From an uncultured Gammaproteobacteria bacterium (GTDB taxonomy: Bacteria > Patescibacteriota > Microgenomatia > JALYQM01): a stretch of 64,000 nt of DNA. The stretch is taken from assembly GCA_964403585.1 (NCBI GenBank), contig CAYOFQ010000001.1:1024826-1088825 (forward strand), given 5' to 3'. Within the stretch, counting starts at the first letter, position 1, and the number at the start of each line of letters is the position of its first letter. The notes below the pieces were generated by a model. That model was not told the origin of the DNA and did no database searches. It saw only the letters and a program-made list of their open reading frames with translations. Below, one piece after another: positions 19,352 to 28,570 of the stretch. The translations under genes were made by a program, and so were the position numbers.

Positions 19352-20014
19352 TCAATCAAAGAAAAATAAACTCTTCAAGTCTCTTTCAATAACCATTTCC
19401 AAACGGAACTTCATAAATTGCTCTATCCGGTAGGCAATGTCCTCATTCATTTCCAAAGCAGCAATCGATTGCCAGCTCTCCTCCTGAAGGCTAATCAGCA
19501 AATCCAGTGATTCATCATCAAGAAAATCAGCGCCGGCAATAGCACCGGTCTGAACATCAACCCCGGTCACCGTCAGAAAACCTAACCGGTGCAAAAGTTT
19601 AATTTCAAATGCCCGTATAAATATCTTGCGCGGATTGGTATTAAGTATTTGCAACATTTCGACAAGCAAACGATAAACACTTTCATTCTGTTCTTCAGGT
19701 TGAGTTAATTTATCGACCAACTCCAACACGTAATACCCGTATTTAAAAATCGGCAGCTGCGTTCCCAAGGTCAGAAACGGATGGAGAACTTTTACTTCCT
19801 GAAGGATATAAAAATTTTTACCTTCAAAAACAAACAGCCGGCTGTTATTGCCAATCTCCACGCTCCCGGCTTTTCGGGAAACAATTCGTTTAACACCTTT
19901 AGCCAATACCGATACCTTTCCCTGCTCTCTGGAGAAAACCGTTAGCACCCGGTCAGTCTCACCTAAATCAAACCGCTTTAAAATAACGCAATCCAAACTT
20001 ACCGACTTCGCCAT
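19352..20014 (-). CDS. recO: DNA repair protein RecO
   Basis: MAKSVSLDCVILKRFDLGETDRVLTVFSREQGKVSVLAKG matches the RecO N-terminal OB-fold consensus. The ORF track extends to 20077; the internal Met at 20014 is the more plausible start. Confidence 0.65.
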   Translation of the reverse strand: MAKSVSLDCVILKRFDLGETDRVLTVFSREQGKVSVLAKGVKRIVSRKAGSVEIGNNSRLFVFEGKNFYILQEVKVLHPFLTLGTQLPIFKYGYYVLELVDKLTQPEEQNESVYRLLVEMLQILNTNPRKIFIRAFEIKLLHRLGFLTVTGVDVQTGAIAGADFLDDESLDLLISLQEESWQSIAALEMNEDIAYRIEQFMKFRLEMVIERDLKSLFFFD

Positions 20015-20082
20015 AACTCTATTATACCGCACAAAAAAGGGCGAATCAGATGATCCGCCCCTCATACTTTGTAACAATCAAA

Positions 20083-22224
20083 TTACAGTTTTACTTCAAT
20101 TTTCCGATCCTGGTTTAACGGGAATACTATGTCATCCCCTAACCCTTTAAGTGTGTATTCAAAGCCACTGGTACCTGCTTGCTTCTGGTATAACGCAGTC
20201 AGTGTTTCACCTTTTTGCACCTTAAACGGTAACCGGTACTTTAAGGTAACCTTTGTGGGAGGATTCTGTTGCGGTTGAACCTCATAGAAACCGTCAAACA
20301 TGGTTTTACCCTGCTCCTTTGTTACCTGAACCTGATCCCGTGAGCCCTCAGCCTTGAGCAGCTCCGAACCCGGTGGAACGTAGACACGGAAGTAGGCACG
20401 GTATTTGGCATTCAACCAATAGTCATTTCGCTGCGGGTTGGAAATTACTTCGGTAACTGTCTTGGTAATCGAACCGTCACCACCTACTTCATACTTATGT
20501 TCGGAAGTATGTTTGATATACAGGTTAGCTTTCTTGGCAGCAAAGTTTGATTCATTCCAGAGGAAGTAATCCCACTTTCCTTCTTCATATTTAAATTTGG
20601 TAGGATTATCAGCCGATGCAATTCTCCCTGCCCAGTCCAGATTCTCGACAGTCTGCTGTAACTTAGGATCATGCATAAATACCTGCACATGTTTTTCATT
20701 CATGAGTTTAATGGCTTCACTTGCCAAAGCCGGGATTTTGCTCTCCTGCTTGAACGCCTGAAGGAGAATCTCCTGCATCAAGTCACCAATGAGCGCTTTT
20801 CTCTCTGCATTTCCGCGTGCCTGTCCTTCAGCATACGATTCCAGTTCATAAACAACATTTGGACAGTTACAACGCTTATCAATTTCCGAAGTAAACTTAA
20901 CCCCATCAACTTCGATTGCTCCGAGAACATTAATAATACGTTCGACAACATGAGTATCAACAGCAATCAATCCATCCCAATCCGTTGCCTGACGCTGCTT
21001 CAACTGATCTTCAGTAAGTGATACGTATTCTTTACTTTTCCAGTACTCATAGATGTTTTCAAATAATACTGCTGACTGTTTAAAGTCAGGATAAAAATTG
21101 GAATCACGGATTTGCCAATGCGTCTTAACCTTACCATTAGGCTCAGGTAAATATTTCTGTATTGCCGCCGGCGGGGTCAACTTAAGTCGAAGCTGCTGGT
21201 CAATAGTATAGATATCACTTGACTCCGAGTTAACAACTCGACCTTTATCAATAGTTAAACGGGCAAAAGCGGTTATAAAACCACCGGTTGCACGAAGCTC
21301 TTTGTCATTCTGAAATATAATAAAATATTTTTCAGGGCGATCTTTACCTAAAAATTCAGGTAATACTTCTAAAAAAGGTTTACTATCTTTAAGAAAGGTT
21401 TTGGCGTCATTAGCCTGAGCAATCGCCGAAGTTAGAGAATCTTTAAGTTTTGGGCTGAACGCATACCGGTTTGGGTCAATTTGATTGATTTCTTCGGTAA
21501 CCTTATCCAATTGCGGATTTATTGAATCAAGTTGCGGGATAATCTGATCCATGGTATCAACCATCCGCGCAATACGATCCTGCGTACTTCCGGTAAATGA
21601 GTTTTTGCCCTTAAGGCCAAGGAGATCAGCATACGGAGTTACAATTTTAACCAGCTTATCAGCAGCAGCAAGCCCGGCTGTTCCGGCATTGGTACCATGT
21701 TCAAAATCGCGATAATAGTTACCAAAATACGGAATAAATTTAGTCCACACTAACCCGGAAGCATCTTTCTTCAACTCATCAAGCGCTTCCTGAGTTTTAG
21801 GGAGCTCGTCCTGAATCCCCACGATATTCTGATCTTTTGCATGAGCAGCCAATACTCTAAAGTGATCAGACACTACCCGCGCTTGCGCATACGCTTTGGA
21901 TGCCGGGACATAAATAAAGAAAAAGCCGACAAATAACAGTACTGAAAGAGTTATTAACGAGTATCCAATAAAACGTTTCGCCTTAGGAGACAGCCCTTTC
22001 TTTTTGGACGTCTGGGCGTTATTGACTTTATTCATAGTCACTCCTTGCTGACTTGACGGTTTATAATTTTCATTCGGTTTGGTTTGCGGATTAACAGCCT
22101 GTTCAGGCTTATCCTTATTTTCATCTAGCAAATTATACATATGGATAACAGTATATAAGACACTTTGCTTTTTCGCCACCCCCCTGCTATGAGCTGAGAA
22201 AATAATGAGAAGAAAAATCAGCAT
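20083..22224 (-). CDS. Large N-terminally membrane-anchored extracytoplasmic protein (DUF4012-like; family assignment tentative)
   Basis: 713 aa; Lys/Gln-rich cytoplasmic N-terminus, a single TM helix (FIGYSLITLSVLLFVGFFFIYV), then a large extracellular region. First gene of the glycan island. Alternative start at 22140 (MYNLLDENK). Confidence 0.5.
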   Translation of the reverse strand: MLIFLLIIFSAHSRGVAKKQSVLYTVIHMYNLLDENKDKPEQAVNPQTKPNENYKPSSQQGVTMNKVNNAQTSKKKGLSPKAKRFIGYSLITLSVLLFVGFFFIYVPASKAYAQARVVSDHFRVLAAHAKDQNIVGIQDELPKTQEALDELKKDASGLVWTKFIPYFGNYYRDFEHGTNAGTAGLAAADKLVKIVTPYADLLGLKGKNSFTGSTQDRIARMVDTMDQIIPQLDSINPQLDKVTEEINQIDPNRYAFSPKLKDSLTSAIAQANDAKTFLKDSKPFLEVLPEFLGKDRPEKYFIIFQNDKELRATGGFITAFARLTIDKGRVVNSESSDIYTIDQQLRLKLTPPAAIQKYLPEPNGKVKTHWQIRDSNFYPDFKQSAVLFENIYEYWKSKEYVSLTEDQLKQRQATDWDGLIAVDTHVVERIINVLGAIEVDGVKFTSEIDKRCNCPNVVYELESYAEGQARGNAERKALIGDLMQEILLQAFKQESKIPALASEAIKLMNEKHVQVFMHDPKLQQTVENLDWAGRIASADNPTKFKYEEGKWDYFLWNESNFAAKKANLYIKHTSEHKYEVGGDGSITKTVTEVISNPQRNDYWLNAKYRAYFRVYVPPGSELLKAEGSRDQVQVTKEQGKTMFDGFYEVQPQQNPPTKVTLKYRLPFKVQKGETLTALYQKQAGTSGFEYTLKGLGDDIVFPLNQDRKIEVKL

Positions 22225-22250
22225 GCTAATTTTTTCTTACGAAGCTTTAC

Positions 22251-22318
22251 TGCGCAGCTCTCTCGGCTTTGCGAAGTCGAACTTCCGCCCTGGGAAGTAG
22301 TTATGATTAAGTAGAGTC
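22251..22318. repeat. Intergenic repeat element, copy 2
   Basis: tgcgcagctctctcggctttgcgaagtcgaacttccgccctggga is 42/45 identical to copy 1 (3003..3047). The flanks show weaker similarity and an inverted T-rich module (ttcgacgagaaaaacgaggg) downstream. Confidence 0.7.
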
Positions 22319-22411
22319 CGTGTTCCTCAAAACACTAAGGATGGAAAACTGGAGCTTGTTCGACGAGAAAAACGAGGGAGCAAGCAAATTTAATAGCTAA
22401 GTGAAGATCTA

Positions 22412-23206
22412 CTAAACCGCACCTCGTCCCGTCACCAATGCCGGAATAGTCAGAATAAGAATTTTTATATCGTACCAGATCGAACGCATCTGCACATATT
22501 CGGCATCCATCCGGATACGGACATCAAAATTGATCTCACTTCGCCCCGAAACCTGCCACTTACCCGAAAGCCCCGGCTTGGCAAGAAGCAGCGTCTTCAA
22601 TAACGGCTTGGTATCAGGATAAATTTCCTGCTGCTCAATCAACTCATTCGGCAAATAGGCACGTGGACCTACCAAACTCATCTCGCCATTGAGGATATTA
22701 AAAAACTGCGGAAGCTCGTCAAGCGAGTATTTACGAATAAAACGACCTACTTTGGTAACGCGCGGGTCGTTCATCAACTTGTAACTGTTCTTTTTATATT
22801 CATCCAGCAACGCCTGGTCCTTTTGCAGTACCTCATGGGCATGCACAACCTGACCATCAATCTGATACATCCGCATCGAACGGAACTTAATCATTTTGAA
22901 TAACTTTCCACCCCGCCCAACCCGGGTTGGCATGAAAAAAATAGGACCCGGAGAGTCCAATTTAATCAAAACAGCGACAACAATCATGATCGGTGAAAAG
23001 ATCATCAGAGCAACCAGGGCTCCGACAATATCCATACACCGCTTAATAGTAAGGTAATAACGCCATTTCATCATTTCACTTATAGAAGAACCGATAGTTT
23101 GTTCTAACGGAATATGCTCGGCAGTAAAGTATGCTTCGTGGTCAAGGACAGATGAACCAGACATAATGGCAGTATACCACAGTTCGTAAGCTGCAGCCGT
23201 AATCAT
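22412..23206 (-). CDS. Polyprenyl-phosphate sugar phosphotransferase (WbaP/WcaJ-like bacterial sugar transferase)
   Basis: C-terminal domain motifs KFRSM and [36 protein letters not shown]. Confidence 0.8.
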   Translation of the reverse strand: MITAAAYELWYTAIMSGSSVLDHEAYFTAEHIPLEQTIGSSISEMMKWRYYLTIKRCMDIVGALVALMIFSPIMIVVAVLIKLDSPGPIFFMPTRVGRGGKLFKMIKFRSMRMYQIDGQVVHAHEVLQKDQALLDEYKKNSYKLMNDPRVTKVGRFIRKYSLDELPQFFNILNGEMSLVGPRAYLPNELIEQQEIYPDTKPLLKTLLLAKPGLSGKWQVSGRSEINFDVRIRMDAEYVQMRSIWYDIKILILTIPALVTGRGAV

Positions 23207-24315
23207 TATAAATACTCTTTTTTATCTTTATCTTTCAGCAATTCAACTAACTTCTTAACATCCTGACACCGGTTTTTCGGACAAATCATCAGAATATCCT
23301 TCGTATCAATTATTACCATATCCTGAACTCCAATAGTTGCGATAGTTTTATCATTGGTTTGGATAAGACACCCGTGAGTATCATAGCCGAAATACTCTCC
23401 CTGCTCGGTGAGTACGCTATTGGTGCCATCGTTTTTAACAGAGATGTCATATAGACTATCCCAGCTCCCTACATCACTCCAGGTGTAATTAGCAGGGATC
23501 ATCAGAATATTTTTGATTTTTTCCATAACTCCCGGTTCAATCGGCACGCTTTCCAGCCCTTCATAAACCTGGGCACAAACTTCTTCAAAATGCTTAGTTC
23601 CGTGTGCATCTCCAATTTTTTCCAGAGCGGTAAATAATTCCGGCATCGTCTGTTCGATAGCCGTTACCATAACTGCCACTTTTTGGCTGAATTTACAGGT
23701 ATTCCAGAAATATTTACCGGTAGCAATATATGCCTGCGCGGTCGTCGCATTGGGTTTTTCTTTAAAGCCTTTGACCTTAAAAATAGGCAATCCATTGACT
23801 TCATCCACTTCATCCCCACTGTGAACATACCCGTACCCACTTGCAGCATAGGTGGGTTGAATTCCCCACACGATAACATCATCACGTTTTTCAGCAATAA
23901 CCGTAGCCGAAATCAGAACCCGCTGGAACTCTTCAACTTCCACAATATAGTCATCCGACGTAATAAAATGAACAACAGCATCCGGATCACGTTTCTCAAT
24001 AATCAAACTGGCCAAACCGATCGCCGCCGCTGTCGAACGAGCCATTGGCTCGGTAATAATATTTTCATCATCAAGATCAGAGAGTTCCTTAAGGATCTCC
24101 GCTTTATATTTAGCGGGAGCAACAACGAAAATATGGTCATTATCGGTTAAAGGCGCAATACGGGAATATGTTTCCTGTAACATGGTCTTGTGGGAGAACA
24201 GGGAAAGAAATTGCTTCGGTACATTCTGTCGTGATTTTGGCCACAAACGCGTACCTCCGCCCCCCGCGAGAATTACCACGTAGGGTTTAGATTTAGGATG
24301 TACCATAAACAACAC
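23206..24315 (-). CDS. Mannose-1-phosphate guanylyltransferase (GDP-mannose pyrophosphorylase, ManC-like)
   Basis: VVILAGGGGTRLWPKSRQNVPKQF nucleotidyltransferase signature; 369 aa; 1-nt overlap with the upstream gene. Confidence 0.8.
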   Translation of the reverse strand: MLFMVHPKSKPYVVILAGGGGTRLWPKSRQNVPKQFLSLFSHKTMLQETYSRIAPLTDNDHIFVVAPAKYKAEILKELSDLDDENIITEPMARSTAAAIGLASLIIEKRDPDAVVHFITSDDYIVEVEEFQRVLISATVIAEKRDDVIVWGIQPTYAASGYGYVHSGDEVDEVNGLPIFKVKGFKEKPNATTAQAYIATGKYFWNTCKFSQKVAVMVTAIEQTMPELFTALEKIGDAHGTKHFEEVCAQVYEGLESVPIEPGVMEKIKNILMIPANYTWSDVGSWDSLYDISVKNDGTNSVLTEQGEYFGYDTHGCLIQTNDKTIATIGVQDMVIIDTKDILMICPKNRCQDVKKLVELLKDKDKKEYL

Positions 24316-24480
24316 CTCTCTTTCTGATGTATTGTATATACTCTTTTACTCATTATGCAACCGATAAAATTGCGTTGCCTTTGTACCCGGTATTTTATAT
24401 ACGTGAATTCATTACCGTCAGGCAGTAAAATTGTATCCTCTTCGACTACTAGTCGGGGATGATCATACACTACAGCTGAT

Positions 24481-25644
24481 TTAATTTTCTTGAACATTTT
24501 TTTTGACTGCTTCACGTTCAATTAACGACTGCATCGCCTTTTGAAAATTTTCTTTAGTAAAAAGACGGGCATTTGTTCGACAGTCTTCCCGATTAAATCT
24601 ATTTAGGTATTGTACCATATTTGCCTCAGTTAAGGCACTATCTCCCACTTGAGAACAACACTCCCGAAACAAAGTAATCAGCCCTTCAGCATTCTGGAAA
24701 GTGAAAAAGAGCCCGGTTTTATCCGGAACTACCGTTTCTAAAGCCCCACCCCGACCATACGCGATTACCGGAGTCCCTACTGCCTGAGCTTCAACAGGAA
24801 CTATCCCGAAATCCTCAAATGAGGGAAAAATCAGGGCGCTGCAGTTCTGGTAATGGAACGCAATTTCTTTATCCGGTAAAAAGCCAAGAAATTCGATATT
24901 CTTACCTCCCCTGGACTTAAGGGCTTCCAACTCCGAACCGACGCCGATTACCTTTAATCGCCAACCTAGTCGGGCAAACGCCTCCACCACTAAATCGACC
25001 CGTTTATACGGCACCAGCCGGGATACAACTAAAAAATACGGTTCAGTAGCGGAAGAAACGGTTGTGACGGCCGGGGCTTCCACAGGAGGATATATTTTGA
25101 TCGATTCACGCCGGTAATACTTCCTGATACGACCACATACTTCGTCGGATATCCCCACCATAATATCCGGCCGCCGGGCAAAGTAATAATCCCACACGCG
25201 TAACGGATAGGATAACCATGAAAATATACGACGCACTAACTGATGAAAGATACCAAACCCGGTTGCCCGGAGATAATCAAAGTACCCTGACCATAAATAT
25301 CTGGTCGGAGTGAGACAATAGCAAATGTGCAGCGTATGTGCCGATGTAATTATAGCTTTGGCCTCTGCCGATGTAATTGAGATAACAACATCGTATTCAT
25401 TGAAATCAAATTGCTCCCAGGCTAACGGAGCTAACGCGGGAAATAATTCATGCTTTCTGCCAATTACAGGCAGCTTCTGCAAAAATGAGCTACGAATATC
25501 CCATCCATTGGCCCATTTTGCCTGATCAGAGTCATATGTTAACGTATAAATCGGAGCTTCAGGCCACAATTCATGAAGTGCCTGCAATACCCGCTCAGCA
25601 CCACCGAATTTATTGATACGGTCGTAACACAAAGCTATCTTCAC
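24481..25644 (-). CDS. Glycosyltransferase family 1 (GT4-like)
   Basis: GT-B fold with the EX7E-type C-terminal motif (FEDFGIVPVEAQAVGTPVIA). Confidence 0.8.
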   Translation of the reverse strand: MKIALCYDRINKFGGAERVLQALHELWPEAPIYTLTYDSDQAKWANGWDIRSSFLQKLPVIGRKHELFPALAPLAWEQFDFNEYDVVISITSAEAKAIITSAHTLHICYCLTPTRYLWSGYFDYLRATGFGIFHQLVRRIFSWLSYPLRVWDYYFARRPDIMVGISDEVCGRIRKYYRRESIKIYPPVEAPAVTTVSSATEPYFLVVSRLVPYKRVDLVVEAFARLGWRLKVIGVGSELEALKSRGGKNIEFLGFLPDKEIAFHYQNCSALIFPSFEDFGIVPVEAQAVGTPVIAYGRGGALETVVPDKTGLFFTFQNAEGLITLFRECCSQVGDSALTEANMVQYLNRFNREDCRTNARLFTKENFQKAMQSLIEREAVKKNVQEN

Positions 25645-25646
25645 AA

Positions 25647-27341
25647 TTACTTCTTATTTTTTTGAGCTGCTTCCAAAAATGAAACAAATAACGGATGTGG
25701 ACGAAGCGGCCGTGATTTTAATTCAGGATGGAATTGTGTTCCCACATAGAACGGATGGTCTTTAAGCTCAATTGCTTCAACCAGCATTCCATCAGGAGAT
25801 GTACCTGAAATAACAAATCCATTCTTCTCAAATTCTTCACGGTACTCATTGTTAAATTCATAACGATGTCTGTGGCGTTCAAAAACAATATCCGCATTCT
25901 GGGGAATCTCTCTGGCATTTTCTTTCCACCAGTCGCGTAGATCATCAGTGTCATGGAAATGTTCACCAATAGTTTGATACGCTGAATGCAGTTGGGTATT
26001 GGGTTTAACCACACACGGCCATGCACCAAGCCGAATAGTTCCCCCATACTGTTTATTGGCAAGATACTCCTTCTGGTGTGGCATCACATGAATGACCGGG
26101 TGCGTGGTGTTCGGGTTAGCTTCTTCGGAATTAGCATCTGCCCAGCCAAGAACATTGCGGGCATATTCGATCACCGCCATTTGCATACCAAAACATAACC
26201 CTAGATACGGCAATTTATTTTCGCGGGCAAACTGGATCGCTCTAATCTTCCCTTCGACACCACGGCTGCCCCAGCCTTGCGGAATAACAAAGCCGTCAAG
26301 TCCTTCCAATACTGAAGTCCCCTTCTGCTCCACTTCCTCAGAATTAATCCAGATCTGTTCGACTTTAATTCTGGCATGTGCGGAGGCATGTTTTACCGCT
26401 TCAATAACAGAGATATAGGCATCCGAAAGGACAAACTCGCCGCTGGCAAAATACTTGCCAACCATTCCGATCCGTACAGTATGTTCAGGATGGGTTAGGT
26501 TAAAATAAAAATTTTCCCAATTCTTTATCTCCGACTGTCGGGGTGACAACCCAAAGTGAGCAAGTAATTTTTTGCTCATCTCCTGTTTTTCAAACAACAT
26601 CGGAATCTCGTAAATGCTTTCGACATCCGGATTGGCAAATACTTTATCCGGGCTGACATTACAAAACAGTGACAATCTTTTCATGCGCGGTTCATCGAGA
26701 GATTTTTCCGCACGGGCAACCAGAAAATCCGGTTGAATGCCTAATCCGTTCAAAACATGCACCGAAGTTTGAGCAGGTTTCGTTTTTAATTCACCAATAT
26801 GAGACAAAAACGGAATATAGACAACATGAACAAAGGCAACATCCTGGGGACTCTGCATTTTCATCATTCGGGCTGCTTCATAGAAAATAGCATTTTTATA
26901 TTCGCCTACCGTACCACCAAGTTCAATTACAACAAAATCCGCTTCATCCTGCTCACCCGCTTCTTTGATTCGACGGATAATTTCATCAGTGACATGGGGT
27001 ATAAAATCAACAGTCTCACCACCATACTCCAGGGAACGCTCTTTCCGAATAACCTCCTGAAATATCTGCCCCAGGGTAATATAGTTTTTCCGGTTTAATG
27101 AAATGTTCAGATACCGTTCGTAATTTCCGATATCCTGATCGGTTTCCATACCGTCCTTGGTCACAAATACTTCCCCGTGTTCGGAGGGGCGTAATGTACC
27201 TGAATCCACGTTCATGTACATATCTACCTTGATTGGAGAGATTTTGTACCCTTGGGATTGGAGAAGCAAACTAATAGAGGCCGAAGTAATTCCCTTCCCC
27301 AAACCGGAAACTACACCACCTGAGATAAATATGTATTTCAT
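25647..27341 (-). CDS. pyrG: CTP synthase
   Basis: 564 aa; MKYIFISGGVVSGLGKGIT N-terminus; GATase domain with GLCFGMQ. Confidence 0.95.
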   Translation of the reverse strand: MKYIFISGGVVSGLGKGITSASISLLLQSQGYKISPIKVDMYMNVDSGTLRPSEHGEVFVTKDGMETDQDIGNYERYLNISLNRKNYITLGQIFQEVIRKERSLEYGGETVDFIPHVTDEIIRRIKEAGEQDEADFVVIELGGTVGEYKNAIFYEAARMMKMQSPQDVAFVHVVYIPFLSHIGELKTKPAQTSVHVLNGLGIQPDFLVARAEKSLDEPRMKRLSLFCNVSPDKVFANPDVESIYEIPMLFEKQEMSKKLLAHFGLSPRQSEIKNWENFYFNLTHPEHTVRIGMVGKYFASGEFVLSDAYISVIEAVKHASAHARIKVEQIWINSEEVEQKGTSVLEGLDGFVIPQGWGSRGVEGKIRAIQFARENKLPYLGLCFGMQMAVIEYARNVLGWADANSEEANPNTTHPVIHVMPHQKEYLANKQYGGTIRLGAWPCVVKPNTQLHSAYQTIGEHFHDTDDLRDWWKENAREIPQNADIVFERHRHRYEFNNEYREEFEKNGFVISGTSPDGMLVEAIELKDHPFYVGTQFHPELKSRPLRPHPLFVSFLEAAQKNKK

Positions 27342-27460
27342 AAAGTCCTCGAGTTAAACAAACTTGGCCGATTGTATGATGTTTTGAGCCTGCAAATCAA
27401 GTATTGAAAACAATTGCCCAAAAAAGCTACTATATAAGAACCTCTCACAAGATTAGACCG

Positions 27461-28570
27461 CTATTTTTTTCGCGAAACACGCGGTGTCGACGAGGCTACC
27501 GGTGATACTGACGGCTGAGCGCTTTGTCCATCGGTGAAGAAGTAGCGTACTACTCCGGCAACCGGGCGTTCATGAACAATCTTGCCTCCCTGATCATTAA
27601 ATAACCTGGAATAATGTCCCATATGAACCCAGTAATTTGCCCCGACTAAATACGGTTTAACCACCAGTCGCGAGAAAACCGCCTCAGCTACAGCAGCCTG
27701 ATGGTCCTCACCGGATTCCTGATTGATCTGGTATCCCCACTCACCCAGGAAAAGCGGCACTTTCAGTCGCAGGTACATTGCATCCAGATCTTCACTCATC
27801 CGATTGGCAATAGATTCCGGTGTATCAAACGTACCAATAGTATCCGATTGTGGAGAAAAATGGTCGATGGTAATCAAACCAAGTTGTTTTGCTAATTCCG
27901 GAGTCACGACATTCTGGGCAACCCATCCATTCATCGATAACCAGTTGGTATGTATTTTGCGGTCTAAACCGATTTGTTTGAAACTCTTATTCGCCACATT
28001 AACCTCAAGCAATAAGAAGGCTTTGTATTCTTCCCAATTCAGGAAGCGTTTACCCGGACCAACTCCTGCCTGTTCGGCCTCAACGGCAACGGTAAAAGCA
28101 TCACCTTCCTGGAATAATTCGCGGTTAGCAAGAATAAACTTTTCAGTTTTATCAAGATACTGTTCGGGTGTCATTGTGGCCGGACGACCGTTATCCCCTT
28201 CCCATTCCAGCCAGTGGCTTCTAAACCATACATGTAGCCCCTGGGCATGAATTTCGCGCGTCCATTTGCGCATATCCTCAAGTTCGTCGTACGGAGTACC
28301 AATTGCCACATAATTTACACCGAGCGACTTAATCGCCGTAACCTGCTCACGAACCATCTCCTCACTTACACCTTTCCAGTGTTTGCTCACCACCTGAGTA
28401 TCAACCGAACGAACCTTAAAATGGAATCCGTCAGCCTGAATCTCGGGCTCCGCTAAATCCAGGTTATTCGTCGAGAATTTATTGAGACGCAGATATAACA
28501 TGTAGCTTATATATACTATAGCGACAACAAAAATACTTGTTACGATTATGCTTTCAAACTTCTTTATCAT
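27461..28570 (-). CDS. Membrane-anchored glycoside hydrolase, GH-A clan (GH5/GH113-like TIM barrel)
   Basis: N-terminal TM anchor; GEWG nucleophile-type motif; (beta/alpha)8-like pattern. Family assignment is uncertain. Confidence 0.5.
   Translation of the reverse strand: MIKKFESIIVTSIFVVAIVYISYMLYLRLNKFSTNNLDLAEPEIQADGFHFKVRSVDTQVVSKHWKGVSEEMVREQVTAIKSLGVNYVAIGTPYDELEDMRKWTREIHAQGLHVWFRSHWLEWEGDNGRPATMTPEQYLDKTEKFILANRELFQEGDAFTVAVEAEQAGVGPGKRFLNWEEYKAFLLLEVNVANKSFKQIGLDRKIHTNWLSMNGWVAQNVVTPELAKQLGLITIDHFSPQSDTIGTFDTPESIANRMSEDLDAMYLRLKVPLFLGEWGYQINQESGEDHQAAVAEAVFSRLVVKPYLVGANYWVHMGHYSRLFNDQGGKIVHERPVAGVVRYFFTDGQSAQPSVSPVASSTPRVSRKK

Noticed and set aside
24273-24521. 82-aa ORF overlapping the manC start and the GT1 stop
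   Set aside because: It overlaps both neighbours and has no start context. It is treated only as a possible Nudix remnant (see findings), not as a gene.
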